Virus record (IMG/VR): IMGVR_UViG_3300021185_002646
Location: 16,278 to 80,277 of that record
DNA: 64,000 nucleotides
DNA from: a virus
Strand: one strand, 5' to 3'
Shown: one piece after another, positions 47,109-57,277 of the stretch
Position numbering within the stretch: the first letter of the stretch is position 1
How the letters are laid out: each line of letters opens with the position of its first letter
Position numbers and translations under genes: made by a program
Notes under the pieces: model-generated
Told to the model about the DNA's origin: nothing
The model's input: the letters and a program-made list of their open reading frames with translations, nothing else
Databases searched by the model: none

Positions 47109-49364
47109 ATGCTTATTAATGAAGTACTTATATATGAAGAACGATTAAATGCAAAGCCTATCATTAGTCCTGCTATAACAACTCTCGACAAAGTATTCAA
47201 AGACAACAATCACGAAATGCGTATAGTAGGTGGTGCAGTAAGAGATATTGCATTAGGTAAATCACCCAAAGACATTGACTTTGCCACAGACGCTACTCCA
47301 GACGAAATGATGGCTATACTTGATAAAGCAGGTATTAGACACAAACCTACAGGATTAGAACACGGTACTATTACTGCAATCCTAAACAACGAACCATTTG
47401 AAATCACAACACTAAGAGCAGATACAGAAACTGATGGCAGACATGCCAAAGTAGAGTTTGTTAAAAGTTGGGAAGAAGATGCTAAACGCAGAGACTTAAC
47501 ATACAATGCTATGAGCATGGACATTGAAGGTAATGTTTATGACTACTTTGGCGGTATGGATGACTTACAAGATAAAGTAAGTAAGTTTGTTGGCGATGCA
47601 GAAGAAAGAATTACAGAAGATTATTTACGCATATTGCGTTACTTCCGTTTCCAAGGTAGACTATCAAAACCTACCTGGGATGGTGATACACTAGAAGCAA
47701 TTACAAAACACGCCAAAGGACTATCCGGCATTAGTGCCGAGAGAATATGGGCAGAAATGGGCAAAGTACTTTCAGGACAGAATGTTGCAAGTGTAGTATC
47801 AATGATAGAAAAAACAGGTGTAAGCAAAGTTATTGGGTTATCCACTAACAATGTAAACAGTGTTAAAGACAAGAGTAACCCCGTCTTAGCGTTAGCACAA
47901 TTGGATAATAGCGTAGATCTTGCTAAACGTTGGAAGTTTAGTAACAACGAAACAGAATTATTAAACTTTTTAGTTAAAAACAAAAACAATCCACTTGATC
48001 AAAAGAAAGTGGAAGATATGATTGCTGATGGAGTTGATAAAGACTTAATATCAGCACTAGCAACAATGCAAGGCAAAAAAGTAAACACTGATGCAGAAGT
48101 TCCAAACTTTCCTGTAACAGGAGCAGACTTAATTGCTAAAGGTATGAAGCCAGGACCAGAAATGGGTGCAACACTAAACAAATTAAAACAACAATGGAAA
48201 GCAAGTAACTTTACTGCTACAAAAAATGATTTATTAAAAGAAGATGCAGATTTATCCACTGAACGAGGTAGATTAGAATATTATCTAAAAAGGCCTATCC
48301 CAGAAGGAATGTTGGTTCGTTTATATAAATTAGGAAAATTCCATCAAGGAGCAGATCCATTAGCAGAGATAATTCCAGAACGTAATGGAGGATTTGCATT
48401 ACATCCTGATAAATGGGAAAGCACATTTTACAGTTTAACAAACAAAGATTTTAAAAAGATAGGCTATTACAAACCTATTATAATAGAAGCACCAGCAAAC
48501 ATGATTGTTGCTGATATGGCCATTGCAAATCAATTTTATAGAACAGATGATCCTAACGAACGCAATAGACTTGCAAACGCATACAAAGACAGTATGGGTA
48601 AAGATGTTTCTAGTATGAAAATGCCAGAAGTTATTTTACCAAGTGTAACAATGGAAAGTTTATTTGAAGATTTAGATCCCAAATCAGAACTATATGTAGA
48701 CATGGATGGAGTACTAGCAGACTTCTTTGGTGTATGGAATAAAATGATGGGTGTTAAACACTGGAAGGATATTCCAGACATAGATAAAGCATTACAAAAG
48801 ATCAAAGACACAGATGACTTTTGGATTAACTTGCCAATGACACCTAATGGAAAAAGTTTGCTAAACGCAATTAAAAAATTTAAAGGAAAGTATAATATAT
48901 TAAGTGCACCGCTTCCAGGTGATCCTAATTCAGAACCACAAAAACGTGCATGGATTAAAAAGCATTTAGGTATGTTCCCACCAGCAAAAATTATTATTGA
49001 TCACAACAAAGCCGCATATGCCAAGCAAGCAGATGGAACTCCAAACGCATTAATTGATGACTTTGGAGAAAACATTAGTAAATGGCGCAGTGCAGGTGGT
49101 GTTGGAATACAACACAAAGATATAGAAGTAGGAGATACTATTTCTAAGTTAGCAAAAGAATTAGAAGATGGACAAGAACCAGTAGAAGAAAACTTTGCTG
49201 ACGGTAAGAAAAAAGGCAAAAGCAGACCAGGGCGTGTAAAACGTAGTGGTGCTAGTTGTAACGGTAGCGTAACAGAACTTAGAGCAAAAGCAAAAAAGGC
49301 AAGCGGTGAGAAAGCAAAAATGTATCACTGGTGTGCTAACATGAAAGGTGGCAAAAAGAAATGA
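47109..49364 (+). CDS. cca: Polyprotein: CCA-adding tRNA nucleotidyltransferase + unknown domain + HAD 5'(3')-nucleotidase + small basic domain
   Basis: VGGAVRD, DIDFAT, EITTLR, RRDLTYNAM, EDYLRILRYFRF; YVDMDGVLADF...LIDD...W...GG.GI. Confidence 0.88.
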   Translation: MLINEVLIYEERLNAKPIISPAITTLDKVFKDNNHEMRIVGGAVRDIALGKSPKDIDFATDATPDEMMAILDKAGIRHKPTGLEHGTITAILNNEPFEITTLRADTETDGRHAKVEFVKSWEEDAKRRDLTYNAMSMDIEGNVYDYFGGMDDLQDKVSKFVGDAEERITEDYLRILRYFRFQGRLSKPTWDGDTLEAITKHAKGLSGISAERIWAEMGKVLSGQNVASVVSMIEKTGVSKVIGLSTNNVNSVKDKSNPVLALAQLDNSVDLAKRWKFSNNETELLNFLVKNKNNPLDQKKVEDMIADGVDKDLISALATMQGKKVNTDAEVPNFPVTGADLIAKGMKPGPEMGATLNKLKQQWKASNFTATKNDLLKEDADLSTERGRLEYYLKRPIPEGMLVRLYKLGKFHQGADPLAEIIPERNGGFALHPDKWESTFYSLTNKDFKKIGYYKPIIIEAPANMIVADMAIANQFYRTDDPNERNRLANAYKDSMGKDVSSMKMPEVILPSVTMESLFEDLDPKSELYVDMDGVLADFFGVWNKMMGVKHWKDIPDIDKALQKIKDTDDFWINLPMTPNGKSLLNAIKKFKGKYNILSAPLPGDPNSEPQKRAWIKKHLGMFPPAKIIIDHNKAAYAKQADGTPNALIDDFGENISKWRSAGGVGIQHKDIEVGDTISKLAKELEDGQEPVEENFADGKKKGKSRPGRVKRSGASCNGSVTELRAKAKKASGEKAKMYHWCANMKGGKKK

Positions 49365-49522
49365 GCAAACAAAATTTAACAAAAGAAGAACTTAAACATT
49401 ATATTAAAAAACACAAAGAACACGAAGCAAACAAAACAAGTACAAACAAAAGAAATAAATACTGGAAAGAATACTTTATACCTACTAGAACAGAAACTAG
49501 TTTTAATATGAATAACTTTTGA
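49361..49522 (+). CDS. Small basic hypothetical protein (53 aa), not in ORF track
   Basis: ATGA overlap. Confidence 0.5.
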   Translation: MSKQNLTKEELKHYIKKHKEHEANKTSTNKRNKYWKEYFIPTRTETSFNMNNF

Positions 49523-49543
49523 TATAAAATTAGGAAATAAAAA

Positions 49544-50458
49544 ATGAAAATAGATGATATCATAAATGAAAGAATAACAAGACCAGAAGAGCTTAAAGAT
49601 AACGATCCGTCTTTATGGAAAATACTTAAAAAAATGTTCACATCAAATAATTTAGGTACTGATGATAGAAAATCTAGACGAAATAAACTAGATGATATTG
49701 AAACACGCAGAGCTCAAAGAATTAGACAACGTGATAAGGTTGATAAAAGAATTAGAAGAGACAATGCAGAAAAACAAGATCGAGTAGACAGAGAATTAAA
49801 CAAAAGAGAAAAAGCGAGATGGGATGGTGAAGACGAAATTGCTGATAAGATAGCACAAGAGTTGTTTGGAAAAAATGCTCACGAGCTTGGTGATTTAGAT
49901 CGTGCAAATGTTATTAGAACTTCCAGGCATGTTGTAGACCATGTAAGAAGATTTGGTACAAAGGTCTTCGATGATCCAAATTATGTAGCTGACTTTAAGA
50001 AAAAGTATCCACAAGGTTTAATCCCAGCGATTGGAAAAAACTTAGATGGCACTGATGCAGAACCAGATTATAGTTATTTGAATCCAAAAAAGAGAGGGCA
50101 AAAATACAGCCATCCAGCATTTAGTTTTAGATTTGACCAACCAGCGCCTGATGGAACAGGGCTTGCAACCTATCAAGGGTATGCATCTGCAACAGGTGAC
50201 GGCTATGCAACACCTAACCATGTTAAACATGATCTAGGTATAGAATTTGAACCAAGATCAACAATTTATAGATCAAATACTAATTATGCAAATAGTGAAA
50301 GAGATGAAAGAATTGCCACTGGAAAAGCCAATATTAAAAATATAGAAATACAAAATAGAATTAATAAAGCAACAACAGATACTCCTACTGATAACACTCA
50401 GAAGAAATTTGCAAAGGATATTATGCAGAATAATACAGGTGATAATCAAAAGAAATGA
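49544..50458 (+). CDS. Hypothetical protein with targeting-like N-terminus (MKIDDIINE)
   Basis: 304 aa, highly charged. Confidence 0.7.
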   Translation: MKIDDIINERITRPEELKDNDPSLWKILKKMFTSNNLGTDDRKSRRNKLDDIETRRAQRIRQRDKVDKRIRRDNAEKQDRVDRELNKREKARWDGEDEIADKIAQELFGKNAHELGDLDRANVIRTSRHVVDHVRRFGTKVFDDPNYVADFKKKYPQGLIPAIGKNLDGTDAEPDYSYLNPKKRGQKYSHPAFSFRFDQPAPDGTGLATYQGYASATGDGYATPNHVKHDLGIEFEPRSTIYRSNTNYANSERDERIATGKANIKNIEIQNRINKATTDTPTDNTQKKFAKDIMQNNTGDNQKK

Positions 50459-50718
50459 ATGTAAGCAAAGAAAACATTTGGCATTTTACTTGTGATTACT
50501 GTCAAGGTTTTTGGAGTGTTGCAACAATGGATGATTGGAAACCAAAAGAGTTATACTGTACACATTGTGGAAAGCTAAATAAATATGACAATGGAAAATT
50601 TAGTGCCGCAAAGTTTAAAAAAGAAGAATGGTGTTCATGTGGACACAGAATTATAGATTGCGATTGCAAGCCAGGATGCGAATGTGGATGCAATAAACAA
50701 TACTTAGGATCATACTAA
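50455..50718 (+). CDS. Cys-rich protein (zinc ribbon plus metallothionein-like tail)
   Basis: CDYC...CTHC; CSC...CDC...CECGC. Confidence 0.65.
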   Translation: MNVSKENIWHFTCDYCQGFWSVATMDDWKPKELYCTHCGKLNKYDNGKFSAAKFKKEEWCSCGHRIIDCDCKPGCECGCNKQYLGSY

Positions 50719-51227
50719 TGAAAGCAAATGAATTTATAAAATTATTAAAAGAAGAATATGATATAGGTCAAGATGAATTCCAAGAAGCATATTCTGATGA
50801 GATAGTTACAGTGGTAACCAATGTCTGGAAAAGAAAATACCCAGATGTTGAATTACATAACCCAGAAGATGAGTTTGGGGCTGGCCATACATTTGAAACA
50901 AAAACACCGTCACCTGAAAAGGGTGGGTTTACATTAAGTTTTGGTTCTCAATTATATCACACCGAAGATGTACATGAATCACCTGAGAACCTGTTTTATA
51001 TAGTTGTCTCAAATGCGTATTCAGGCAACTTCAAAGGTGTTGTACTAGACATGTTAGAGAGTGTATATAAACTTATGGAAAGCAAACTACAAGAGTATGC
51101 ACCTGGATCTAATAGATCTGAATTTAAAAGAATGATTGGCATTCATCATAATAGAAATCTAGAAGCATGGTCACATATTGCAACAAAACTAGGTGCAGTT
51201 GAAGAACCAAGGGGACGCGACGAATGA
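50718..51227 (+). CDS. Hypothetical protein with targeting-like N-terminus (MKANEFIKLLKEE)
   Basis: 169 aa ORF. Confidence 0.7.
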   Translation: MKANEFIKLLKEEYDIGQDEFQEAYSDEIVTVVTNVWKRKYPDVELHNPEDEFGAGHTFETKTPSPEKGGFTLSFGSQLYHTEDVHESPENLFYIVVSNAYSGNFKGVVLDMLESVYKLMESKLQEYAPGSNRSEFKRMIGIHHNRNLEAWSHIATKLGAVEEPRGRDE

Positions 51228-51448
51228 AAATGGACGACATATACAAATTAAAATATCTAGCAGGTATAACTGATAAACAAGGAAATACACTAGGTGAGAA
51301 AGCACCAGAAGGAAGTAATATTAGTATTACTGGATCTGAAAAAGCACGAATTCAACGTGAAAAGAAAATACAGCCCGGAACAGATGCATGGTTTAAACTT
51401 TGGTTTGCCAAGCCTAGGTTAACAGGCGAAAAACCAACAGGAAAATAA
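51224..51448 (+). CDS. Conserved small phage protein (IQPGTDAWFKLWF)
   Basis: 74 aa ORF. Confidence 0.7.
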   Translation: MKMDDIYKLKYLAGITDKQGNTLGEKAPEGSNISITGSEKARIQREKKIQPGTDAWFKLWFAKPRLTGEKPTGK

Positions 51449-51449
51449 C

Positions 51450-51812
51450 ATGGGAACAGAATTAATTATATTGTTTGCTTTAATGTGCAAACACGCAGTA
51501 GCCGATCTAGCCGTACAGTCATTTAGAGTACCATCTAAAAAGAGGCTTTGGTTAAACAAAGGATTACATTTACATGCAATGGATCATGCAGTATTAACAT
51601 TTTTAGTATTGTTATTCTGGGTTAATCCTTGGTTAGCATTGGGTTATGCACTAATTGATTATGTTGCACACTGGCACATAGACTGGGCTAAATCAAATAT
51701 ATTATGGATATTTGGAATATCCAGAGAAGGCAAGGGGTTTTGGCGTCTACAGACAGTAGACCAAATACTACATTATGCTACATATATGTTTATAGTATCA
51801 TTAATGGTGTAA
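51450..51812 (+). CDS. DUF3307-like membrane protein
   Basis: KHAVAD...Q, LHLHA..H, HWHID..K, DQILH. Confidence 0.75.
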   Translation: MGTELIILFALMCKHAVADLAVQSFRVPSKKRLWLNKGLHLHAMDHAVLTFLVLLFWVNPWLALGYALIDYVAHWHIDWAKSNILWIFGISREGKGFWRLQTVDQILHYATYMFIVSLMV

Positions 51813-51829
51813 GAAGGATAAATAGTTGT

Positions 51830-52291
51830 ATGAGAATAAATGAAATAGATTGTTGGGATGGTTACAAAAAAGATGGAACTAAACCCGGCACAGGAAAAAA
51901 CAAAGGTAAGCGTGTAAACAATTGCGTCAAAGAAGACGAAGTTACACTAGATGAATCACAAGATTTCCATGAAGAGTTTGGATATCTAGGATACAGTATT
52001 GACGAAAGTGATCTTTTTGAAGCGGAATATCAAGGACGAAAAGTTAAACTAAACAAACCAATGCGTGGTGATGTTAAAAAGTTTAAAGTATATGTCAAGG
52101 ACCCTAAGACTGGAAACGTTAAGAAAGTAAACTTTGGACATGGTGGAACAAGTGCTAAATCAAAAGGTGAAAAGACTATGAAAATTCGTAAGTCTAATCC
52201 TAAAGCTCGCAAGAGTTTCCGTGCAAGACATAACTGTGATAATCCTGGACCTAAAACAAAAGCTCGTTACTGGTCATGCAGGAAGTGGTGA
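51830..52291 (+). CDS. Conserved basic phage protein (start moved to MRINEIDCW)
   Basis: CWDGYK; AEYQGRKV.LNKP; ARKSFRARHNC...ARYWSC..W; TAAATA-5nt-ATG. Confidence 0.75.
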   Translation: MRINEIDCWDGYKKDGTKPGTGKNKGKRVNNCVKEDEVTLDESQDFHEEFGYLGYSIDESDLFEAEYQGRKVKLNKPMRGDVKKFKVYVKDPKTGNVKKVNFGHGGTSAKSKGEKTMKIRKSNPKARKSFRARHNCDNPGPKTKARYWSCRKW

Positions 52292-52297
52292 TTCTAG

Positions 52298-55200
52298 ATG
52301 AGAATAACTGAAGTAGACAAAGGTTTAACACAAAGTGAACTGGATCAATTAGAAGTTTTTGCAGATAGATTATTTGCGAAAGTAGGTATTGATGTAGAGT
52401 TTACCCGTCACTTCTTAGATCGTGTAAATGACGAACGCAATGTAAAACAAATCACAGCAAGCGAACTCACGAGATTATTTAAACAAGAATACAAACGTTG
52501 GGGCAAACCTATTGCACAAATGGGCCCAGACGCAGAAGCAGTACTAAAAGACTTAGCAACAGACGTAAACATACCATTTGCTTTACGTTGGGATAAAGAA
52601 AACAACGAATTAGATCTTATCGCTAAAACAGTAATGCGTAAGAAAAATTTTAAAACATCTAACAAAGAGTTTGAAATACAATCAGCTGATTACTCGTTAG
52701 ATAATATACAACACAAAAAAGTATTTGAATCAATAAAACAACTTAACGAAGCAGGCCCGGCAGCATTGGCAGTACCAGTTGGTATTGCGGCATGGAATGC
52801 CTATGTATATTCCAGATATGCTCAAGCAGCCTGGTTTACCGCAAAATTTACTGCAACAACAGCCGCAGCATATATTGTTGCTAATAAATCTGATTTTGGC
52901 TGGCTTGAACGAAAGATGGCTTCATCGGCTATTCTTGCATATCAACTATGGGACAAAGTTAGAGGCGTACAAGATATGAGCAGTGTTCAGTGGAGAGACA
53001 CTAATGCATCAGCAATGGCAGCCGGACAACAAGGAGCTGAAAATCCATTAGGTCCTAGGCCAACTGCAGATATGAACGGTGATCCATATGGTATTATAAA
53101 TGCTAGACAACAAGTAGCCGCAGGACAGTTAGGTGCACAAGCACGTTTAGATTTAGCGTTAGCAGATTTGGCTGCTGATCAAAAAGCATGGGATATTGAA
53201 TCTAATAAAAATCAAGACAAGGACGCAAGCAACGGCGCAATGGCATCAGGTCAAACAGGTGCTACTTTAACACAATTAACATTAGATGCTAGTGAACAAT
53301 TAAATGGAGAGCTAGCCGCAGGTGTAAATGAATTAACTGCAAATGCAAATATAGAAACTGAAATAGATAACGAAGAATTAGATAAAATAGCAATAGCAAC
53401 TGCTGATGCTCAAAATTTAGTAAGTGATAATAATCTTATAAAACTAGCAACTACAATAACACAAGCAAAACAAAACGATGATAGTGATGCACAACTTATT
53501 TCATTAGCAACTAACATTGCAACAGCCCAACAGGCAGCAGACAAAGTAACTGCACAAAATACAGCCAGTGATGCTAAACTAATTGCACTTGGACAACAAG
53601 TAGCACAACAACAAGCAGATAAGTTAGCAACAGAATTAAGTGATGCAAAATTAATTGCACTTGGACAACAAGTAGCACAACAACAGTCAGATGCTAGAGC
53701 AACAGAATTAAGTGATGCAAAATTAATTGCACTTGGACAACAAGTAGCACAACAAAAAGCAAATGCGGCTGCAAATGCAGTCAGTGATGCTAAACTAATT
53801 GCACTTGGACAACAAGTAGCACAACAACAAGCAGATGCTAAAGCAACTGCACAAAATACAGCCAGTGATGCTAAACTAATTGCACTTGGACAACAAGTAG
53901 CACAACAAAAAATAGATACACAGAATGCAACCAGTGATGCTAAACTAATTGCACTTGGACAACAAGTAGCACAACAACAAGCAGATGCTAAAGCAACTGC
54001 ACAAAATACAGCCAGTGATGCTAAACTAATTGCACTTGGACAAGCATATGCAGATGCTAAATCAGATGCTAAAGCAACTGCACAAAACCAGGCAAGTGAT
54101 GCCAAACTAATTGCGTTAGCAAAAGCAGTAAGTGATGTAAATGATGTTGAACTTAATGTTCCAGCAGATGATGGCATAGGAAAAGACATAGATATTACAA
54201 TACCAGACACAGGCACTATTACAAGACCTGATGCACTTGATTTACCAGGTGCAGGAACAACAACTGGTGGCATAGATACAACTGGTGCTACAGCACAAGG
54301 AAATGCAGCGGCGGCGGCAGCGGCGGCACTAGCAACGGCAAAAGAAAAAGCAATTGCAACTGCTAAAGCAAATACTAAAAATAATAACACCGGTAAAAAG
54401 AAAACTAAGAAATTTGATTGGGGATTCGGAGATGGTGATTATTGGGATACAGATCTATATAGATGGCAACAAAAATATGGAACATTTGAAAATCAAAACC
54501 TAATTAAAAAATATTTTATGATTAATGAAGGTGGAGCAATGCCAGGCGTTGGTGCTATTCATATTGATGAGATTACTCCAACATTACAAGCATTAGAAAA
54601 GTCAATAGGTGTTGACTTAATGAACAACACATTGGGTAGTGTAGGTAAAAGACAATTCAGTGGAGACATTGATGTAGCACTACAAATACAACCAGAAGAA
54701 TTACCAGCATTTATAGAAGAACTTAAAAAGAATCCACTAGTACTAGACATTGCTAAAAGCAGTGTTATTATGACAAAAGTTAAAATTATGGACTTTGATC
54801 AATCTAAGTCAGACGGGAGACCTCGTACAGGATTTGTACAAGTAGACTTTATGCCAGGCGACCCAGGTTGGATGAAAACTTATTATCACTCACCAAGTGA
54901 AACAGAATCAAAATACAAAGGCGTATATCGTAACATTATGATTGCTACATTGGCAGCAGTACACAACAGAGATCAAAGTGATGCTAAATTAGATGACGGT
55001 AGAGCTATGGAAGAAAGACGCTTTATGTGGAGTCCAACTGAAGGATTGTTGCGTGTACAACGTACACCTGTTCCTAAGAAAAGTGGCGAAGGTTACACTA
55101 AAAAGAATAAAAATGAAACAATAGACGGTCCTTGGAAACAACCAGATGAGATTGCAACACAACTAGGTCTAGACAGTGGAAAAGATTTAAACAGTTTTGA

Positions 55201-55327
55201 ATCATTACTAGCCGCAGTTAAAAAGAATTGGACCAAAGAAAAATTACAATATGTTATAGATGGATTCAAGCAAAACAATGTTGTACAAGACATTGGCGTG
55301 CCTGAGGAATTAGACGATGTTAATTAA
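52298..55327 (+). CDS. Polyprotein: HFLDR domain + hydrophobic/repeat region + YWDTDL motif + Pol-beta-type nucleotidyltransferase
   Basis: C-terminal LGSVGK...SGDIDV...VQVDFM; SDAKLIALGQQ repeats; begins MRITE. Confidence 0.75.
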   Translation: MRITEVDKGLTQSELDQLEVFADRLFAKVGIDVEFTRHFLDRVNDERNVKQITASELTRLFKQEYKRWGKPIAQMGPDAEAVLKDLATDVNIPFALRWDKENNELDLIAKTVMRKKNFKTSNKEFEIQSADYSLDNIQHKKVFESIKQLNEAGPAALAVPVGIAAWNAYVYSRYAQAAWFTAKFTATTAAAYIVANKSDFGWLERKMASSAILAYQLWDKVRGVQDMSSVQWRDTNASAMAAGQQGAENPLGPRPTADMNGDPYGIINARQQVAAGQLGAQARLDLALADLAADQKAWDIESNKNQDKDASNGAMASGQTGATLTQLTLDASEQLNGELAAGVNELTANANIETEIDNEELDKIAIATADAQNLVSDNNLIKLATTITQAKQNDDSDAQLISLATNIATAQQAADKVTAQNTASDAKLIALGQQVAQQQADKLATELSDAKLIALGQQVAQQQSDARATELSDAKLIALGQQVAQQKANAAANAVSDAKLIALGQQVAQQQADAKATAQNTASDAKLIALGQQVAQQKIDTQNATSDAKLIALGQQVAQQQADAKATAQNTASDAKLIALGQAYADAKSDAKATAQNQASDAKLIALAKAVSDVNDVELNVPADDGIGKDIDITIPDTGTITRPDALDLPGAGTTTGGIDTTGATAQGNAAAAAAAALATAKEKAIATAKANTKNNNTGKKKTKKFDWGFGDGDYWDTDLYRWQQKYGTFENQNLIKKYFMINEGGAMPGVGAIHIDEITPTLQALEKSIGVDLMNNTLGSVGKRQFSGDIDVALQIQPEELPAFIEELKKNPLVLDIAKSSVIMTKVKIMDFDQSKSDGRPRTGFVQVDFMPGDPGWMKTYYHSPSETESKYKGVYRNIMIATLAAVHNRDQSDAKLDDGRAMEERRFMWSPTEGLLRVQRTPVPKKSGEGYTKKNKNETIDGPWKQPDEIATQLGLDSGKDLNSFESLLAAVKKNWTKEKLQYVIDGFKQNNVVQDIGVPEELDDVN
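53567..54120 (+). repeat. In-frame tandem repeat SDAKLIALGQQVAQQ (8 copies, last two partial) with variable linkers
   Basis: AGTGATGC.AAA.TAATTGCACTTGGACAACAAGTAGCACAACAA repeated. Confidence 0.92.
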
Positions 55328-56045
55328 CGAAATAACAAAAGCGAATCTAAATGAAAGTAATGTTATTAGAGATGTTGCTAAAGAACTTAATATACCATTT
55401 GCAATAGCTATGGAACTTTCTAATAAAGAAAGTTCTCAAGGTCAGTTTGATAAAGATGGTAATACTATTGTAGGTGATAAAAACTTAAAAAATAAAGCAT
55501 ATGGAATGTCTCAGGTTAGATTGCCTGCATTAAAAGATGTCAATAGGTTATATGGAACAAACTATTCATTAGATGATATAAAAAATGATGCAAATATAAA
55601 TGCTAAGGTAGGATTATTGTATTTTAAAGCACAAGGTGATTTTTATGGTGCAACAGATTATATAGAACAACTTAGAGGATATAACGGCGGTCCTAACGCA
55701 ATTAAAGGTGATGTAGCATCAGCAAATAGTTATGCAAATGATATTTTTGATAAAGCAGTGATGAATTACAATGGCGCAGATGCGTTAGAAAACTTTGGGC
55801 TAAACGAAGCTAGTCCTTGGGAATTACTTAAAAGAAAAGTAACACCAGTAGTACAAAAAGACAAATACCAACGTGTTGCAGAAAAGCTACATGCAATGTT
55901 ATTACGCAAACAAAAAGAAAACGGCGGTGTATTTAGACATGCACTAGGCTGGTACACATATAACATTGGTACTTCATATATAGGCATTGATCATAAAGTT
56001 CTTCATCAATATTACTTAGATAATTTTGATGCAGTTGTTGATTAA
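55317..56045 (+). CDS. Lytic transglycosylase (SLT) domain protein with targeting-like N-terminus
   Basis: ESS, AYGMSQV, YNGGP motifs; begins MLINE...LNE. Confidence 0.8.
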   Translation: MLINEITKANLNESNVIRDVAKELNIPFAIAMELSNKESSQGQFDKDGNTIVGDKNLKNKAYGMSQVRLPALKDVNRLYGTNYSLDDIKNDANINAKVGLLYFKAQGDFYGATDYIEQLRGYNGGPNAIKGDVASANSYANDIFDKAVMNYNGADALENFGLNEASPWELLKRKVTPVVQKDKYQRVAEKLHAMLLRKQKENGGVFRHALGWYTYNIGTSYIGIDHKVLHQYYLDNFDAVVD

Positions 56046-56098
56046 TACACTTGACAATCACTCCCTTTATAATGTATAATGTAGGCTAAGAGGAACCT

Positions 56099-57277
56099 AT
56101 GACAGACAAATATTGCGTATATACAAACAATTTTACATTCGTTGACAATGACGGATATGTAGCATTGTGTTGTAAAAATCTAAAGAACAAACTTTCACAA
56201 TATCATATCAAAGACTACAAATTAAGTGAAATTTGGAACAGTCCAGAAATGCATAGTGTTAGGGCAGAAATTGCCTCAGGTGGAGAACCCAATGGTTGTT
56301 TTAAATGCTATGATCCTGAAAGAGATGGAGTGCGTAGTTTCAGACAAAAAGCACTAGGCATGATTAACAATGGTGTTCCATTTCAAGATGAAAAAATACA
56401 CGCACTTGATCTTAGATTAGGTAATGTGTGTAATTTATCTTGTGTAATGTGTTTTGCTGGTAACAGTAATAAAATATTACATCAACACAAATCAATGGCA
56501 AAGCATTTTAATTGGAAAGAAGGTCGCTTAGAAAAAGAAGCAGAAAAATATCACAAAAGCAATTACGATTGGAGTGATGATCCACAAGCATGGGATAATA
56601 TTATTTCAAGTGTAGATAAGAATTTAAAACATGTATACTTAGCAGGCGGTGAGCCTTTTTATCTTAAAAACTTTCCTACTACAGTAGAACGATTAGGCAG
56701 TTTGGCTCCGGGTGCTAATTTTGTTATTAATACAAATGGCACAAGACTACTAAGAGAAAAAGACTTAAAACAATTAAAAACAGTAGAAAATGTATTCCTA
56801 AGATTTAGTGTAGATGGTTGGGGTGCCGCTGATGAGTGGACTAGGCAAGATACAGTATGGGAAGAAAAACTACAAGTAATGGATCAATACTATAATCATT
56901 TTAAATTAGCTGTATGGGATATTACTGCTAACAGTTTAAGTGTAAGACACATACCTAAACTTATTACACATTTATGGAATAATTATCCAAATGCAAAAGT
57001 ACAAATACGACCAGTTGTTAATAAGACAGAAGTACTGATGGAAAACATTCCTGATAGATTTAAAAAAGAAAGTTTAGCATTTTTTGAAAAACATAAAAAT
57101 AAACTAGAAGGTGTTGATCATGTTATAAATGAAATGCGTAAACCATTTAACAACGATATGAAACGTAAACACACAGTAAGACATTTTGTAAACTATTACG
57201 ATACGCATGGTGTAGTTACATTAGAAAGTTTTGATCCTGAACTAGCAGAATGGATTAATAGTGATGCAGAAGAATAG
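56099..57277 (+). CDS. Radical SAM/twitch-SPASM protein
   Basis: CNLSCVMC, AGGEPF, NTNGT; sigma70 promoter at 56051. Confidence 0.9.
   Translation: MTDKYCVYTNNFTFVDNDGYVALCCKNLKNKLSQYHIKDYKLSEIWNSPEMHSVRAEIASGGEPNGCFKCYDPERDGVRSFRQKALGMINNGVPFQDEKIHALDLRLGNVCNLSCVMCFAGNSNKILHQHKSMAKHFNWKEGRLEKEAEKYHKSNYDWSDDPQAWDNIISSVDKNLKHVYLAGGEPFYLKNFPTTVERLGSLAPGANFVINTNGTRLLREKDLKQLKTVENVFLRFSVDGWGAADEWTRQDTVWEEKLQVMDQYYNHFKLAVWDITANSLSVRHIPKLITHLWNNYPNAKVQIRPVVNKTEVLMENIPDRFKKESLAFFEKHKNKLEGVDHVINEMRKPFNNDMKRKHTVRHFVNYYDTHGVVTLESFDPELAEWINSDAEE

Noticed and set aside
53567-54120. CRISPR-like pattern of a ~45-bp constant repeat with variable spacers
   Set aside because: All units are multiples of 3 and in frame within a 1009-aa ORF; spacers recur (QADAKATAQNTA, ATEL); synonymous variation in the repeats; no cas genes
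14708-54390. Long minus-strand ORFs in the track (14708..15433, 38233..38883, 46469..47056, 53410..54390 and others)
   Set aside because: Antisense shadows of well-supported + strand genes; low complexity, no motifs or SD
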